Shown: in pieces, positions 37,701 through 52,035 of the stretch
How the letters are laid out: each line of letters starts with the position of its first letter
Numbering within the stretch: position 1 is the first letter of the stretch
Origin: Balamuthia mandrillaris
Taxonomy: Eukaryota
DNA length: 64,000 nucleotides
Direction: 5' to 3'
Assembly (NCBI GenBank): GCA_031835245.2
Contig: JAVKOQ020000095.1
Span: 62,001 to 126,000, forward strand
Translations under genes and position numbers: made by a program
The notes under the pieces: model-generated
Databases searched by the model: none
What the model was told of the DNA's origin: nothing
What the model saw: the letters and a program-made list of their open reading frames with translations, nothing else

Positions 37701-39720
37701 ATGATGGAACGAACGGAGGAGTCAATCTTGGTAAGACGGTCCAACATTTTGACGTGTCCCTTTTGGGCTTGGTCAAAGGGCACATAATCTTCCCAAGAGC
37801 GAGCACCACCATGTCGCGAATCATCCCCATGATAACCTCTCTCGTTATTTTCTTGCTCTGTCTTCAATGCCTCTCTTACCTTCTTTACATCTACATAAAT
37901 GGAGTCAAATAAAGAGACACGGCAACAATAACTGTTTCAAATATTGTACCTTGAGCAAAAGCTGTCTTGATGGCACCAGCTTCTTTTCTCTGCTTTACAG
38001 CCAAGTTGATACGCTCTCTCAAATCCTCAAAACTAATGCACATGTGTTATGGTTAATCAAAAAAGTGGGAACAAGAACGAGAACGAGAACGAGAACGAAG
38101 CTCGCGGAGAGAGAGAGAGAGAGAGAGAGAGAGAACAACATACTCCACATCAGGAGGTTTAAGATTTTCGGCCTCGACCTCTTCGTTGGCACGCACTATG
38201 CCTGCCTCTAACTCAGAAATTCGAAGAGCCAATTGTTCTAATCATTGAAACAAGAGAAAACAAATCAAATAAGGTTACCGAAAAGAGAGCAGAGGAGAAA
38301 GTAGAGGAGATACCATGTTCCTTTCTACAATCGTCAGCCCATTTGCGCAACCGATCTTCAGGAATGCAGTCTATAAGGGTGCGCATGGTTGGCGTTTGTA
38401 GTGCCTCATGAATGACCGTTTCTCTCAACTAGTGAATAAAGAAAATTGTGCGTTTAGTCGTTTCCCTTGTTTTGCTGATTGAAAGAAAGAGACGGAGCAA
38501 ACGCGAGAGAGAATAAATGTATACCCGTTGAAGGTCATGAGCAAAGCTCTCCAACAAACCGTAGTGCTTGCTCTGTTGAGCGATAAAGTGTTCCTTGAAT
38601 GTGCTAAACGCTTGTAGTATTTGTCCATTGTGATCATTTAGGTTCGCTGTGGCAGCTTCCAACGCTTTCGCTTGAATGTCCTGTTCTGCATAGCAACGTC
38701 TGCTCAACGCTATCCGGCCATCCACTGCCACTAACACACCCTAAAAATTATGACGTGGAATAAGATAATCAGCAACAGACAAGAGAGAGAGAGAGAGAGG
38801 AGAGAGAAAAGAGAGAGGATTGTACTTTGGCAAAACTGAGGTGGTGTGAAAATTGATGCTCATATTTCACTAAAGCTCCAGCAAGGCGGGGCAAGGGAGA
38901 CTCTCCAGGCACTATCCATTGATGTTTTGCAAACGAGTAAAAGACAGATGAGCAGGAAGAAAGATGAAGAATGAGCAAAATGAGCAAGAGGAGGAATATC
39001 GAACATTTAACTTCGATTGGCCCGAGCACGGTTTGCTTTGGGGGAAGAGCACCAGGCTGTAGTGCTTGTCTAGAAAATAAAAAGACAGGTCTCTCCTCCT
39101 ACATTAAGATGAGAACAAATGGAGAATAAGTCTTCTCCCACCAACAATAGAGAAAGAGCAGCTAGAAGAGAGAGAGAAAGAGAGAGAGAGCAATGAGTAC
39201 AGCAGGAAGGCGATAATAATCCAAAGAACGAGAGTCCTCGAGTTTCAGTTTTCCACACAGCAAGATCTGGTCCTGCGGGTCTATCGCTGACAAAATGGCC
39301 AAATGTTGTTTGATGGTACTTATCCTGAGAGAATTTTACTAGTTTGAGAAGAAAGAAGCAGAAAACGAGAGAGAACAAGAGAACGGAGGAGATAGAGCAC
39401 GAGAGAGCGAGAGAACGGAAGAACGAGAGAAGCAGGGAAGAGAGCGGAGGAGCGAAACAGAGAGACAGATAGCGAAGAGACAAGAACGGGAGAGGTAGGA
39501 AAGCAGAAAAAAAGAACGGAGGAGAGAGAAACAGAAGCAGAGGACAGAGAAACAAGACCAGGAGAAAGAAAAGAGGCAGAGAAGCGAGAGCAGAGCGGAG
39601 AATAGGCTGTTGGGAAGCACGAGAGAGAGAGAGAGAGAGAGAGAGAGCGGCGTACAATGTGGAGGAAGGTAAGTCGGGGAGGTCATGCACCTCCCCCGTG
39701 TCTGCTCGAAAGACTTTCAT
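34786..39720 (-). CDS. atg11: Atg11/RB1CC1(FIP200)-like autophagy scaffold (many exons)
   Basis: N-terminal ubiquitin-like segment (MKVFRADTGE...DQILLCGKLKLE), Atg17-like middle (EEVGRRKVF, FGRYIPKNLVPGL), coiled coil, and C-terminal claw-like segment (FKVDDLALFLP, YEAFNRNAPNYMLSEES, NPY...KFYEV). Confidence 0.85.
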
Positions 39721-40614
39721 TTTGCCAGGGGGGAGTTGGGAGCCGTTCGGAGCGTCTCCTGATTTTTTTTCTTACAGGAGAAAAAAAAACCTCCTTCCGT
39801 TCTCTTTTGTGATGATCGGTGTAGCAGATGAGAAAACTTGATGGATTATCTACTGTTTGAAGAAAAAAAAAGAAGGAAAAGGAAGTAAGCATGATTTTTT
39901 TTGTTTGATTTTTTGAAGGATGAAAAAAAAAAGTAGAGAGATTTGATGAGGTAACTAACGTGGGATGATGACTTTAAAAAACCCAAATAACTCTAATGGT
40001 ACTTTACGATTAAAACCGAATCAACTCCTCCCTTGTTGCTTCTACTTCTAAAATAACAGGTTTGAAAAAAAATATCTTTGATGGTGAATCTCCTTGCTGA
40101 CTTTCTTTTCTTCTTCTTCGCTTCGTTGGCTTCCACGAAAAACGTTGTCATGGAACTCGAGAGAGGACATGAGACACAGCAGCAGTTGGCTGGATTTGGA
40201 CATGAGATTGCTGAGGAAAAATGAGGTGGCGCTGAGATTTCATGGACACCGGGATTGTAAGATGGACATGAGATAGTAGTACTTTTTCATGTCGTCTTGA
40301 AAAATTAACTATTCTGTCGACAATAACGGGTATCTCTCTGATTTTTGATTTGCGCTTTGAAAAGTGTAGCAGATCATTGATCAACTCATTTTTTCTGAAA
40401 TTTTATTATCAACTAAAGCGGAGCAATGAATTTTTGTCGACGTGAAAGATCTCTGCTAGAGATGAGACAAAGAAAAAGACAACAGAAATGGCCTTTTTAT
40501 GGTAAGATAAAGCCTCTGTTTTGATTTTTGATTGGTGGTTTGAAACTTTCAGTAACCGATCAAAGCATTGAGCCGCTTTATTTTATTATATTTATTTGTG
40601 AAAAAAAAGCTGAG

Positions 40615-42886
<2,272 letters not shown>

Positions 42887-43602
42887 TCTCGTATTTTTTT
42901 AATATAACTTTTTCAGCTTTTTTGTCGACAAACGGTATCGCGTCGTCATGAAAATATGTCCGCACAAAAGAGAAATGTCCGCAAAAAAGACAGTAAGGAG
43001 GATAAGGCGGCGCAAAGATCATAAGATCTAAGGACAACGAAAAAAGAAATCACGACATTAGTCTTTTGGGCCAATGAGCATGTTTCCCGCCAAAACAACC
43101 CTTCCTTCTCCCACGTCTCTGAAGGCAAAGTGGTGGGTTGGGGTGTACGGAATGGATGCTCATGCTGCTGCTGCCGCCAATAAACTTAGAAAGCAAGAGA
43201 GACACTGGGTGTGTGGGCTGTGTGGTGTGTGGAAGGTGTAGACGACCAACAAGAAACGAACAAGGGGGGGTTTCTTAAGAGCAGCTTCTCTGGGCAATTT
43301 CTTCGTGGATTACTGACGATCATTGTCGAAAGTGGGGGAGTTTTGTGGATTTTTTGTTTTCGTCCAAAAGAGTTTAACGTGTGAGGCTTTGTGGAGGAGG
43401 GAGCACAGATGAGTGAGCGCCCACGACTTGGACTTTTGTTTTCGTCCCTGTGATTAGAGTGTAATATGTGAAAAAACAAAAACACCTTCCTTCACGCTTC
43501 GGACCCTCACTTTGGTAGGAAACTCGGATTATGTGACCACGCCTCCCTTCTCAGGATGCCCACTTGCTCTACCAATGTTAGGTTCTCGTTGGGAGTGTGG
43601 AA

Positions 43603-43647
43603 GGAAGGTTCCAGAAGGACAAGGCCGCTAACGGATAGTTCTAGAAG
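43603..43647 (+). promoter_or_regulatory. Heat-shock element(s) upstream of the ADP/ATP carrier
   Basis: Perfect nGAAnnTTCnnGAAn at 43603-43617 (gGAAggTTCcaGAAg) and TTCtaGAA at 43639-43646; CCAAT at about 43572. Confidence 0.5.
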
Positions 43648-43785
43648 GTCACCAGGCCCCATTTCCTCGAACTGAGCTTCCGGTCACCCAGGGAAGAAAG
43701 AAAACAATAAGACGCTCTCCTCTTCCCCGTCTGGTCTCCCTTCCTTCCCCATGCTGCCCACCAGAACCACCACCACAACAAGCCA

Positions 43786-44757
43786 ATGGCGCAACCAACT
43801 CACCCCACGAACAACAACACAACACTCGATGCTACCGCCTCCTTCTTGAAGGACTTCACTCTGGGAGGAGTCTCTGGAGCGGTGGCCAAGACAATGACCG
43901 CCCCCATAGAGCGCGTGAAGCTCCTCCTGCAAACCATGCACGCCAACCCGCGCATACTCTCCGGCGAGATCCCTCCCTACAAGGGCATCGTGGACTGCTT
44001 CCGCCGCGTGGCCGCCGAGCAGGGCCTCCCCTCCTTCTGGCGGGGCAACCTCACCAACGTCATCCGCTACTTCCCCACCCAGGCCTTCAACTTTGCCTTC
44101 AAGGACTCCATCAAGATGCTGTTCCCCCGCTACGACCCCACCGCCCAGTTCGGTCAGTTCTTCCTCGTCCAAATGGCTTCCGGTGGGTTGGCTGGGGCTG
44201 GCTCCCTCTGCTTGGTCTACCCGTTGGACTACGCTCGAACCCGCCTGGCTGCCGACGCTGGCAAGGGCGCGAAGAGGGACTTCAACGGCCTGGCCGACTG
44301 CCTGGCCAAAACGGCCAGAGGGCCTCGCGGCCTCCTCGGCCTCTACAACGGCTTCGGGGTGTCCGTGGCGGGCATCATTCCCTACCGTGGCGTTTACTTT
44401 GGGCTGTACGACTCCCTCCGCGAGAAGAACCCCTGGAAGAACGACCTCGGCACGCTTGGCATGGCCTCCAAGTTTGGAGTGGCTCAGACCACGGCCCTCG
44501 CTGCCGCCTACGCTTCCTACCCGTTCGACACGGTTCGTCGTCGCTTGCAGATGGGCTCGGACAAAGCCAAGGAGGCCTCCCTCTACAAGGGCGCCGTGGA
44601 CTGCTTTTGCAAGATCGTGAGGGAGGAGGGCGTGCGCGCCCTCTACCACGGCGCCTATGCCAACGTGTTTCGAACCGTTGGCTCAGCTCTCGTCCTGGTC
44701 TTCTATGATCAGCTTCAAGGCATGCTCGGCCTCAACCTGGGTGCTGGCAGCGAATGA
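43786..44757 (+). CDS. Mitochondrial ADP/ATP carrier (ANT/AAC), intronless
   Basis: GGVSGAVAKTMTAPIERVKLLLQ, FWRGNLTNVIRYFPTQAFNFAFKD, VYPLDYARTRLAAD, YRGVYFGLYD, YPFDTVRRRLQM. Confidence 0.95.
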   Translation: MAQPTHPTNNNTTLDATASFLKDFTLGGVSGAVAKTMTAPIERVKLLLQTMHANPRILSGEIPPYKGIVDCFRRVAAEQGLPSFWRGNLTNVIRYFPTQAFNFAFKDSIKMLFPRYDPTAQFGQFFLVQMASGGLAGAGSLCLVYPLDYARTRLAADAGKGAKRDFNGLADCLAKTARGPRGLLGLYNGFGVSVAGIIPYRGVYFGLYDSLREKNPWKNDLGTLGMASKFGVAQTTALAAAYASYPFDTVRRRLQMGSDKAKEASLYKGAVDCFCKIVREEGVRALYHGAYANVFRTVGSALVLVFYDQLQGMLGLNLGAGSE

Positions 44758-45898
44758 GACAAAGCCAGCCCGCTGGCAGCGTCCCTGCTCGTTGCTTTTT
44801 GCTCTCCATAGAGCTTATTTTCAATTGCCTTTGCTTCGTTACTGTTCAACAGGAGAGCGCTTCTCTCCTGCCCTTTCATGAATATCTCTTTGGCCCCCGC
44901 AACATGTTTTAGAAGCACACGCCTCTTCGACCTGCATCTGGAAGTAGGTCACAACCAGGAGGGGAACAAAAGAAAGAGGCTGAAGACAGGAAAGATTACT
45001 ATTGTTCACGGCTTTGGTGAAAGCGAACAAAACAGTCGCGGGAAGGCACACATATCTCCGGTGTTTGCTATACACCCTACAGACAGTTTCCAGCAGCCGC
45101 AGAAGCCTTACAGTGCCCACAAGCTCCCCTCTTCTCTGCACGTTTTGGGTATAGTGAAGCGGCTCGTTGTTCTTGGAGGTTCGTTGATGTCGTCAATACC
45201 CCACACAATCTGAGGTATGTGTTCTCTCCCTTCTTTGTATGTTGTCTTGTCTGTTAAAATGTACATTTTTATCCCGTTAGGATTTGGCTTGCCTTTGACA
45301 AAGTCTTTCTTCCTTGTATCTCACCTTCAATTCAAACGACATCCAAAGTGCAGCCAATGGTGGATCTCTGAGCCATTTGTCTTTTCTCCAAAGCATCCTG
45401 ACCAACACGCATTCCAAAGATAGAGGCATCCTCCCAGCATCTTGATCAAGTGATGAACTGGGACAGTGTTGAAATGGGAATGTTGGCAGAAGAACTCAGG
45501 AGAACCTTAGCTAAAGGTCTAGAAGGCGGCAAAAGAGCTTGCTAGAGGCTAGAGCTATGCCAAAAGGCAGGGTGGTTGGATTTCGTGTCGTCATGAAGAT
45601 CTGTTATATGTGTCGACTCTAAGTCGCGTCGTCATGAATTTACAATTACGCCCGGTTTCGTGTCGTCATTATCGAAATGAATGAAATTTATTATAGCTTT
45701 GTGCGGGTAAGGAGAATGGTAATGATGAGCATCTCACGATTTTTCCAAATGAAACGGTCATGTGCTCCCCACGCGTTCCGGGCTTTGTCGATTTCTGCTC
45801 GGACTAACAAATAGGTGCATGCACGACGACAGTTATTTCGGCCAATTTGTGTGATTCACGATAAGTACTTATTATTTTTTGTTATTCTGTGATAGTCC

Positions 45899-47594
45899 AT
45901 GCAAAGAAAACTCACAACGCGAATGCAGAGCCCGCTAACGGTTGTCTGGTTCGGTCTATGCGCCCTATTGTTGTGTGCACAAGGCGTGTCATCAGACAGT
46001 TGTGCTCGATGGAGCGGACTTCCTATGGTTTGCCAAAAATTTGGCCTCAAACGTACCTTTTTTCTCTTCTTCTCTTCCCTTCTTTTGTCATTTTGTTTTG
46101 TTAGCTTTGTTTTGTCCGTAGTTTCCGTTCAGTTCGCTTTATTCTCGATATCGTTTTCCTTCATTTCTCTCCTTCTCTTCTCTTCTTTTCTCTTCCCTCT
46201 TCTTTCTCTTTGGGTTTATTTGCGAACAAAAGACTAACGGGCAAGGAGCGCAGCTGGCCAATGGGTGTTTGTTCCAGAATGGATCAATGGAGGCGAGTTC
46301 AACGAGCGCCTGGTCAACGGGACGGACGACCTTCTCGCCATCGTCATCGACAGGACCAGGTCTGCTCAATTCTTGGCTCCTGATCTGGGCGTATGCGCTG
46401 GCGACGCAATGCGAATGGTTTGCATGAGTTGGCTGAGACCGTGTCTGTTGACAGAGGATGGACAGCCTGTGATCTTCCCTCAACAAACCTGCCATGAGGT
46501 TTGTGAGGATTATGGTATGGCCGTTCCTCTGTCCTTGTATTTGGCATTTTGAATTGACAACACTTAAACCACACAACAGTGGAAAAGTGTTTCAACATAA
46601 CAAACGCGATGGGCATCCCTCCAGGAGTAGGTTTCCTGAAACCCAAGAACATCACCAGGGCGCTGTGGTCCTGCGACATGCCTGACGATGGCGCACAAAA
46701 CACGAAGTTTTACCCTGAAGCCTCATCACTGAACAACAACACTTTCGTCACAGCACCGCTTTACAGCAACTCCACTTCAGAGCCAACTCTGGTGAATGCC
46801 AGCAACACGCAATGTCGGATGGGAGAAACAACGAAAGTGGGTGCTGGATCCATCTGCAACGAACCGCTGGTGGCAAACGAAGATGGGTTGTGCGTGTTCG
46901 AATGCCCATTGCCCTCGTTGACAGAGAAGCAGTACGATGAGTTGGACATCATCCAAAGCGTGTTTGGCTGGTTGTCTTGGGTTTGTTCCCCTGTATGTTT
47001 ATGGAGAGCAGTATCTTCTGACACGAAAAAACTCCACGCGCTCAAAACGAAAGGCAGGGAGCATGTTCATCTGTTTGTCATACTTTGCACATCCCAAGCT
47101 CAGAAGCTTTCCTGCCAATCTCATCCTTATGACGGCCATCAGCGCTCACGTTGCCTCGCTTGCCTTCATTCTTCCCACTTTCGTTGGAACCGAAGAGGTT
47201 TGTTTGTTTGTCCGTCTGTCTCTCCTTCTGTCATTGCTCAGGGAGGGATTCATGTTTGATGGGCTCGATTCGTCTTCAGGTGTGGTGCGATGGCGGGACA
47301 GAGTTCCTCCCACGCATGGCGTTCAAGGACACCTCCCTTACAGGAGGAAGGCTCAATCCCAGCGATGCCCTTGCAGTGGTGTTCGATGTGGACTCTCTGT
47401 TAGTGAAGGGTCCATGGTGCAGCGTTCAAGGTTTTGTTTTTTTTTAAAACAATTGATGGTTTGGTGATGGTTCTCCCACCACTGACTCCTGGCTGCCTCC
47501 AATATTATAGGACTGCTGCTGCAGTTTGGCTTTCTGTCAGGCACTTTCTGGTGGTGCATCGTCGTGGGCAACATCTTCTCTGAAGTACGTTGGC

Positions 47595-47628
<34 letters not shown>

Positions 47629-48573
47629 TTCTGTCAATGCTAAACCCATGATGCCTCACAGGTGTACTATCCGCACATGAAGGACCAGCTGCATAAGATC
47701 AAGATGGTGGCGTACCATGGGTTGGCATGGGGCCTGCCCGCCATCTTCACCATCATTCCATTGGCCGCCGACCGCATTGCCTTCCCCAATGCGGCTTCTG
47801 TGTGCGTTTTCTCCTCTGTCTCTCTGCTGCGCCAACTCACCCCACAACGAAAACCGAAACCAAACAGGTGCTTCATCTCCTATGAGGACAGCAACGCCTT
47901 CCAACTGGCCTTCTGGTTCATCCCCATCGGCCTGCTCCTCCTCTCTGGCTTCATCTTCTTCCTTGCCTCCTTGGGCCGCCTCATCCCTCTCCTCCTCCGC
48001 ACCACCACCAACGACGGCAACAAGAGAAAGCTCAAGCTGGTGGCCGTGTACGCTCGTCTCTTGCTCTTCGTGGCCATCCAGTTCTGCCTTTACCTCTTCA
48101 TCTTCTGCCACACCATCGTGGTGGAGAGCAACAAGGAGGAGATCGGCCGGGCCTACGAGGACTACTACAGCTGCCTCCTCTTCATCAACTATCCCGACTA
48201 TCCTCGTGACTCCTGCTCCTTGGGCGGCTCCGTCACCAACCTCTTTCCCTTGATCGTGTTGAAGGGCATCGGCTTCTCCATCCTGGGCTTTGGCCTGTTC
48301 CTCAACTTTGTGACCTTCTCCAGCCTCAAGTTTTGGGCGCAGGTCGCGAGGGCCTTCCTCACGCCGCTCACAAGAAGAGGGCAAGAAGGAGGCGATGAGG
48401 GGTGGCCAAAGCGAGTCGCCAGGGAGTTGAGGGAGCTGTGGAGGAACGGAAGCGGCGCGGGCAGCAGCGCCTCGGGTCGTTCCTCTCGCCGCAAGCAAAG
48501 GAGCCCCAAGCAAAACACCACCATGGTCATGACCATCACCGCTCAAGAGGCTGACTCCGAGGCAGAGCTATGA
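45899..48573 (+). CDS. Frizzled/Smoothened-like 7TM receptor with a cysteine-rich extracellular domain (amoebozoan Fsl-like)
   Basis: Signal peptide; Cys-rich domain (C...CMSWLRPC...CHEVC...C); CVFECPLP linker; seven hydrophobic segments (KLRSFPANLI, CSVQGLLLQFG...WWC, YHGLAWGLP, FWFIPIG). Confidence 0.85.
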
Positions 48574-48702
48574 GACAACGTGAGCGTGAGAGAACAGCGG
48601 TTCGTGTATGTTTGTTTTTTCATCCTTTTTCTCTCTCCCTGCCTCCAGGAGGAACCTAGGTATACATAAAGCAGTGTATTTGTAGTAACTTGCTTTCTTG
48701 TC

Positions 48703-48741
<39 letters not shown>

Positions 48742-48855
48742 TGTCCATCTTCGTGGACAAAGTGTGCAACATTTGTGCAGCATTTAAATACTTTTGTCGT
48801 GTCGTCACGAAAGTTGAACCAAAAAAAGAAAAGGGAGAAAGAAACAAAGAGAGAG

Positions 48856-49036
48856 ATGAGAGGCATTGCAGGGGGAGGGACGGGCCGGAGGAGGCTGCCA
48901 AACCTCTCGCAGGCGGCGTGGTTTCGAAATATTAATAGTAATAATAATGCCAACAGCTGCGCACAACAACGTAAATACCCTTTCGTGATTATTTTTTTGT
49001 TCTCTCTACGTTTTTTATTATTTTTTTTTCGATGAT

Positions 49037-49075
<39 letters not shown>

Positions 49076-50008
49076 CTGTCTCTCACTCTCACGGTGCGCT
49101 GAAACGATTTGCTTATTTTGCTTTGTTAGGTTTGCCGCTTTGCTGCTTTTATCCTCGCTCTGCTTCCTTTCACTCTTCCTCCAGAAGAGCCCCCCTTCTC
49201 CTCACCAACACATCCCGCCTCTCCTCCCTCCTTCCCGTCTTTCCTCCCTCTTCCTCCTCCTCCGCTTCCTTCGCTACCCATCGGAAATCACCAAAAGCTC
49301 CTCCGCAACAAACCTCTCTCGCTCCTCTTCGCAACCGCAACAACAAACAGCTGCAACAGCAACAGCAAAAACAGCCACGACAACACAGCCACAACCACCC
49401 CAAGCGCGTGGTGCCCTTTGATGAGGAGCCCGAAGGGGCCTTCAAGGAGCTCATGGAGAAAGGCAAGGACGCGGACGTGGCCCGCTTTGTGGACATCATT
49501 GCCGCCCCGGTGCGCAGCGCCCAGGTCGTTGCGAGGATGGAGCTGGAGGACGTCCCCACCGACCCTCGCGAGTTCTTCCTGCTGCACGACAAGCAGAAGC
49601 TGGCCCATTGGAATCTGCTTTTCAAGGCGCAGGGGCGCAATGGCAACATTCGGCTGGTGCTGAGGACGTTCGACTTGATGAAGGTTAATATCATTTTGTT
49701 GTTGGTGGTGGTGTTGTTGTTGTTGTTCTTCTTCTTCTTCTTCTTTTTCTTTTTCTTATTGGTGGAGTCTCTGCTTCTTCTTTGTTGTTGTTGCTGCTTC
49801 TAGTTTTTCCTTCTGTTTCCGTTTCTTGTTTTAAACGTCGCTTTCTTGTGAATCTTGCAGGAAGAAGGCGTGAGTCCAGATCTAAGCATTTATACAACAT
49901 TGATTAGACAATGCGCCAATGCAAAAGCAGTTGATACAGCTCTAGCATTATTTGAGGAAATGAAAAATGGTTCTCTTTCATTCTTTCTCTTCTCTCTCTC
50001 TCTCTATC

Positions 50009-50051
<43 letters not shown>

Positions 50052-51652
50052 TTCGCTTATTTCTTGAGCACATTTATTCTAATTTATTTATAACAGTGGG
50101 ATTAGAGCCAACATTGTGGACTTGGGGTGCGTTGGTCAAAGTTTATTGCGCGAGTGGAGAGTTGCAAAAAGCATTCGGTGTTCTCACCACTCTCAGCTCT
50201 CTCAAACTGCAACCGAATATTGTACGTTTTCCTACGCTTTCCTATTATTTCTGGCTTTCGTGATGCAAACCGTTTTTTTTTGTAACAAAAACAGGTAATC
50301 TTCACTACTCTCATTCAAGGTTGTCTTGGTAAGGGAGACGTAGACATGGCGTGGAAAACCTTTGAGTACATGCGCCAGCAAACACCATTGGAGCCTGACG
50401 AAGTTACCTTCACTGTCATGATCAACGCGTGTGCTAAGGTTTGGTGTTGCAACGTTTTTTTCTCGTTCAGCTTTCTTCTCTTCCTCTCTACTTCTCTCCT
50501 CTCTACCCCTCTCTCTCTCCCTCTCCCTCTCTCTCCTGTCCCTTACTCCTCCCTCACTGCTTCTCACTCCTTTTTTCTCTTTTTCCTCCTTTTCTAAACC
50601 AATAAAACCAAAAGAAACAACAAGTAGAAAGAGCGCTGAACTTGTTCTCCGAAATGCAACAAATGGGACAAACGCCGACTGAAGTGACCTTCAACAGCTT
50701 GATCTACGCCTGCGCCACCCGCCCTGACTACTACGAAGATGCCTTCATCACATACGAGCGAATGAAGTCGAGCGGATACGTACCCAACGCCGTTACTTAT
50801 GGCACTCTCCTCTATGCTGCCGCTAGTAATGGGGACGTCAAAGGTTTGTAGCAATTGTGGTTTCGCCCTCCTTTCATTCGTTTTGCTCCTTTCAGTCAAC
50901 TCACAAACCTGAACAAAACAGCGGCCGAAACTCTCTTCTCAGAGCTGCAAGAAAGCGGCCAGCTCAAAGCCGGCAACCCAGTGCCCTGGACCAGCCTCAT
51001 GCAGGCCTACCGCACAGCGCAAGTGCACGCCTCCCTGGGCGGCATCCGCACGCGCAACATCGAGCGCGTGCAGCACCTCTTCAACGCCATGTTGGAGTAC
51101 GGCACCTCTCCAACGTTGCGCACGCTCAATACCGTTTTATCCACCATCACCGCCGCACATCACGTTCGCACGGCCGAAGCCTTTTGGGAGGCCATCAAGC
51201 AGGGCCACTTTAAGGTACAGGCAGAAGATGGAGAAGAGATGGAGGAGAAGAGGGTTGAACCGGATTTGCATAGCTACACGTGTATGGTGCAGCTGTATGG
51301 CGAGACGAGGAAGGCAGAGAAGCTGTTGGAGATGTGGCATGAGATGAAGGAGAATGGCATCGCCCCAGACATGAGAGCCTACGACCACGCCGTTCGCGGC
51401 TTGGCCAAAGCGAAATACCTGAACACGGCATTGAGGATGTTGAGGGAGATGAGGGAGAAAGGATGGTACGTCAAGTCGGAGACAAAGCAGTTGCTGTTGA
51501 AGAGGTTCCAGGAGTATCCGGAGCAGTTGGAGGAGGTGAGGCAGTTGTGTATGTTTGATAGGTCGTCGATCGTGGAGGATCCGAAGAAGTTGTTGGCGAT
51601 GAAGCTGAAAGGACGTGATCATCCAGTCTCTACCTACAAACGATTTGCATAA
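48856..51652 (+). CDS. Pentatricopeptide-repeat (PPR) protein, probably mitochondrial
   Basis: PPR motifs (GVSPDLSIYTTLIRQCA, PDEVTFTVMINACAK, PTEVTFNSLIYACA, PDLHSYTCMVQLYG) and an Arg-rich leader. Confidence 0.9.
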
Positions 51653-51741
51653 CAGAGAAAGAAACAACAAGAAAGAAAGAAAGAGAAGAAAAGATATATT
51701 TTTTGAAGAACGGAAACGAAAACTTACTCTCCCTTTCAGGG

Positions 51742-51994
51742 TTAAACTCTTCGTTTATCGGTGGTGTCATTGCTCCGGCTGCCGCTGCGACCGGAGGAAG
51801 AACTTATGTTGCCCTTTTGGGAGCCGTCTTTGGCGTTCTCTTTCTTTTTGGCCACTTCTTCATCGGAGAGGGGCAAATAGTAGATGCTTGGACGCGCTGT
51901 TGTCTTACGGAATAGATCGTTCAATGTACGAACCGCTCCTCCTTTTTGAATGAATCCAAAATCATGCTTAGATAGAGAACATAGATGCAACGAG

Positions 51995-52035
<41 letters not shown>

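Noticed and set aside
43684..44649. 321-aa minus-strand ORF
   Set aside because: Antisense of the ANT gene; expected from high GC at third codon positions.
46232..46253. Apparent in-frame stop at the start of Frizzled-like exon 2
   Set aside because: Using the downstream cgcAG acceptor restores the frame (PGQWVFVP); ACTAAC there is a branch-point-like sequence.
47656..48546. 296-aa minus-strand ORF
   Set aside because: Antisense of the GC-rich Frizzled-like exons.
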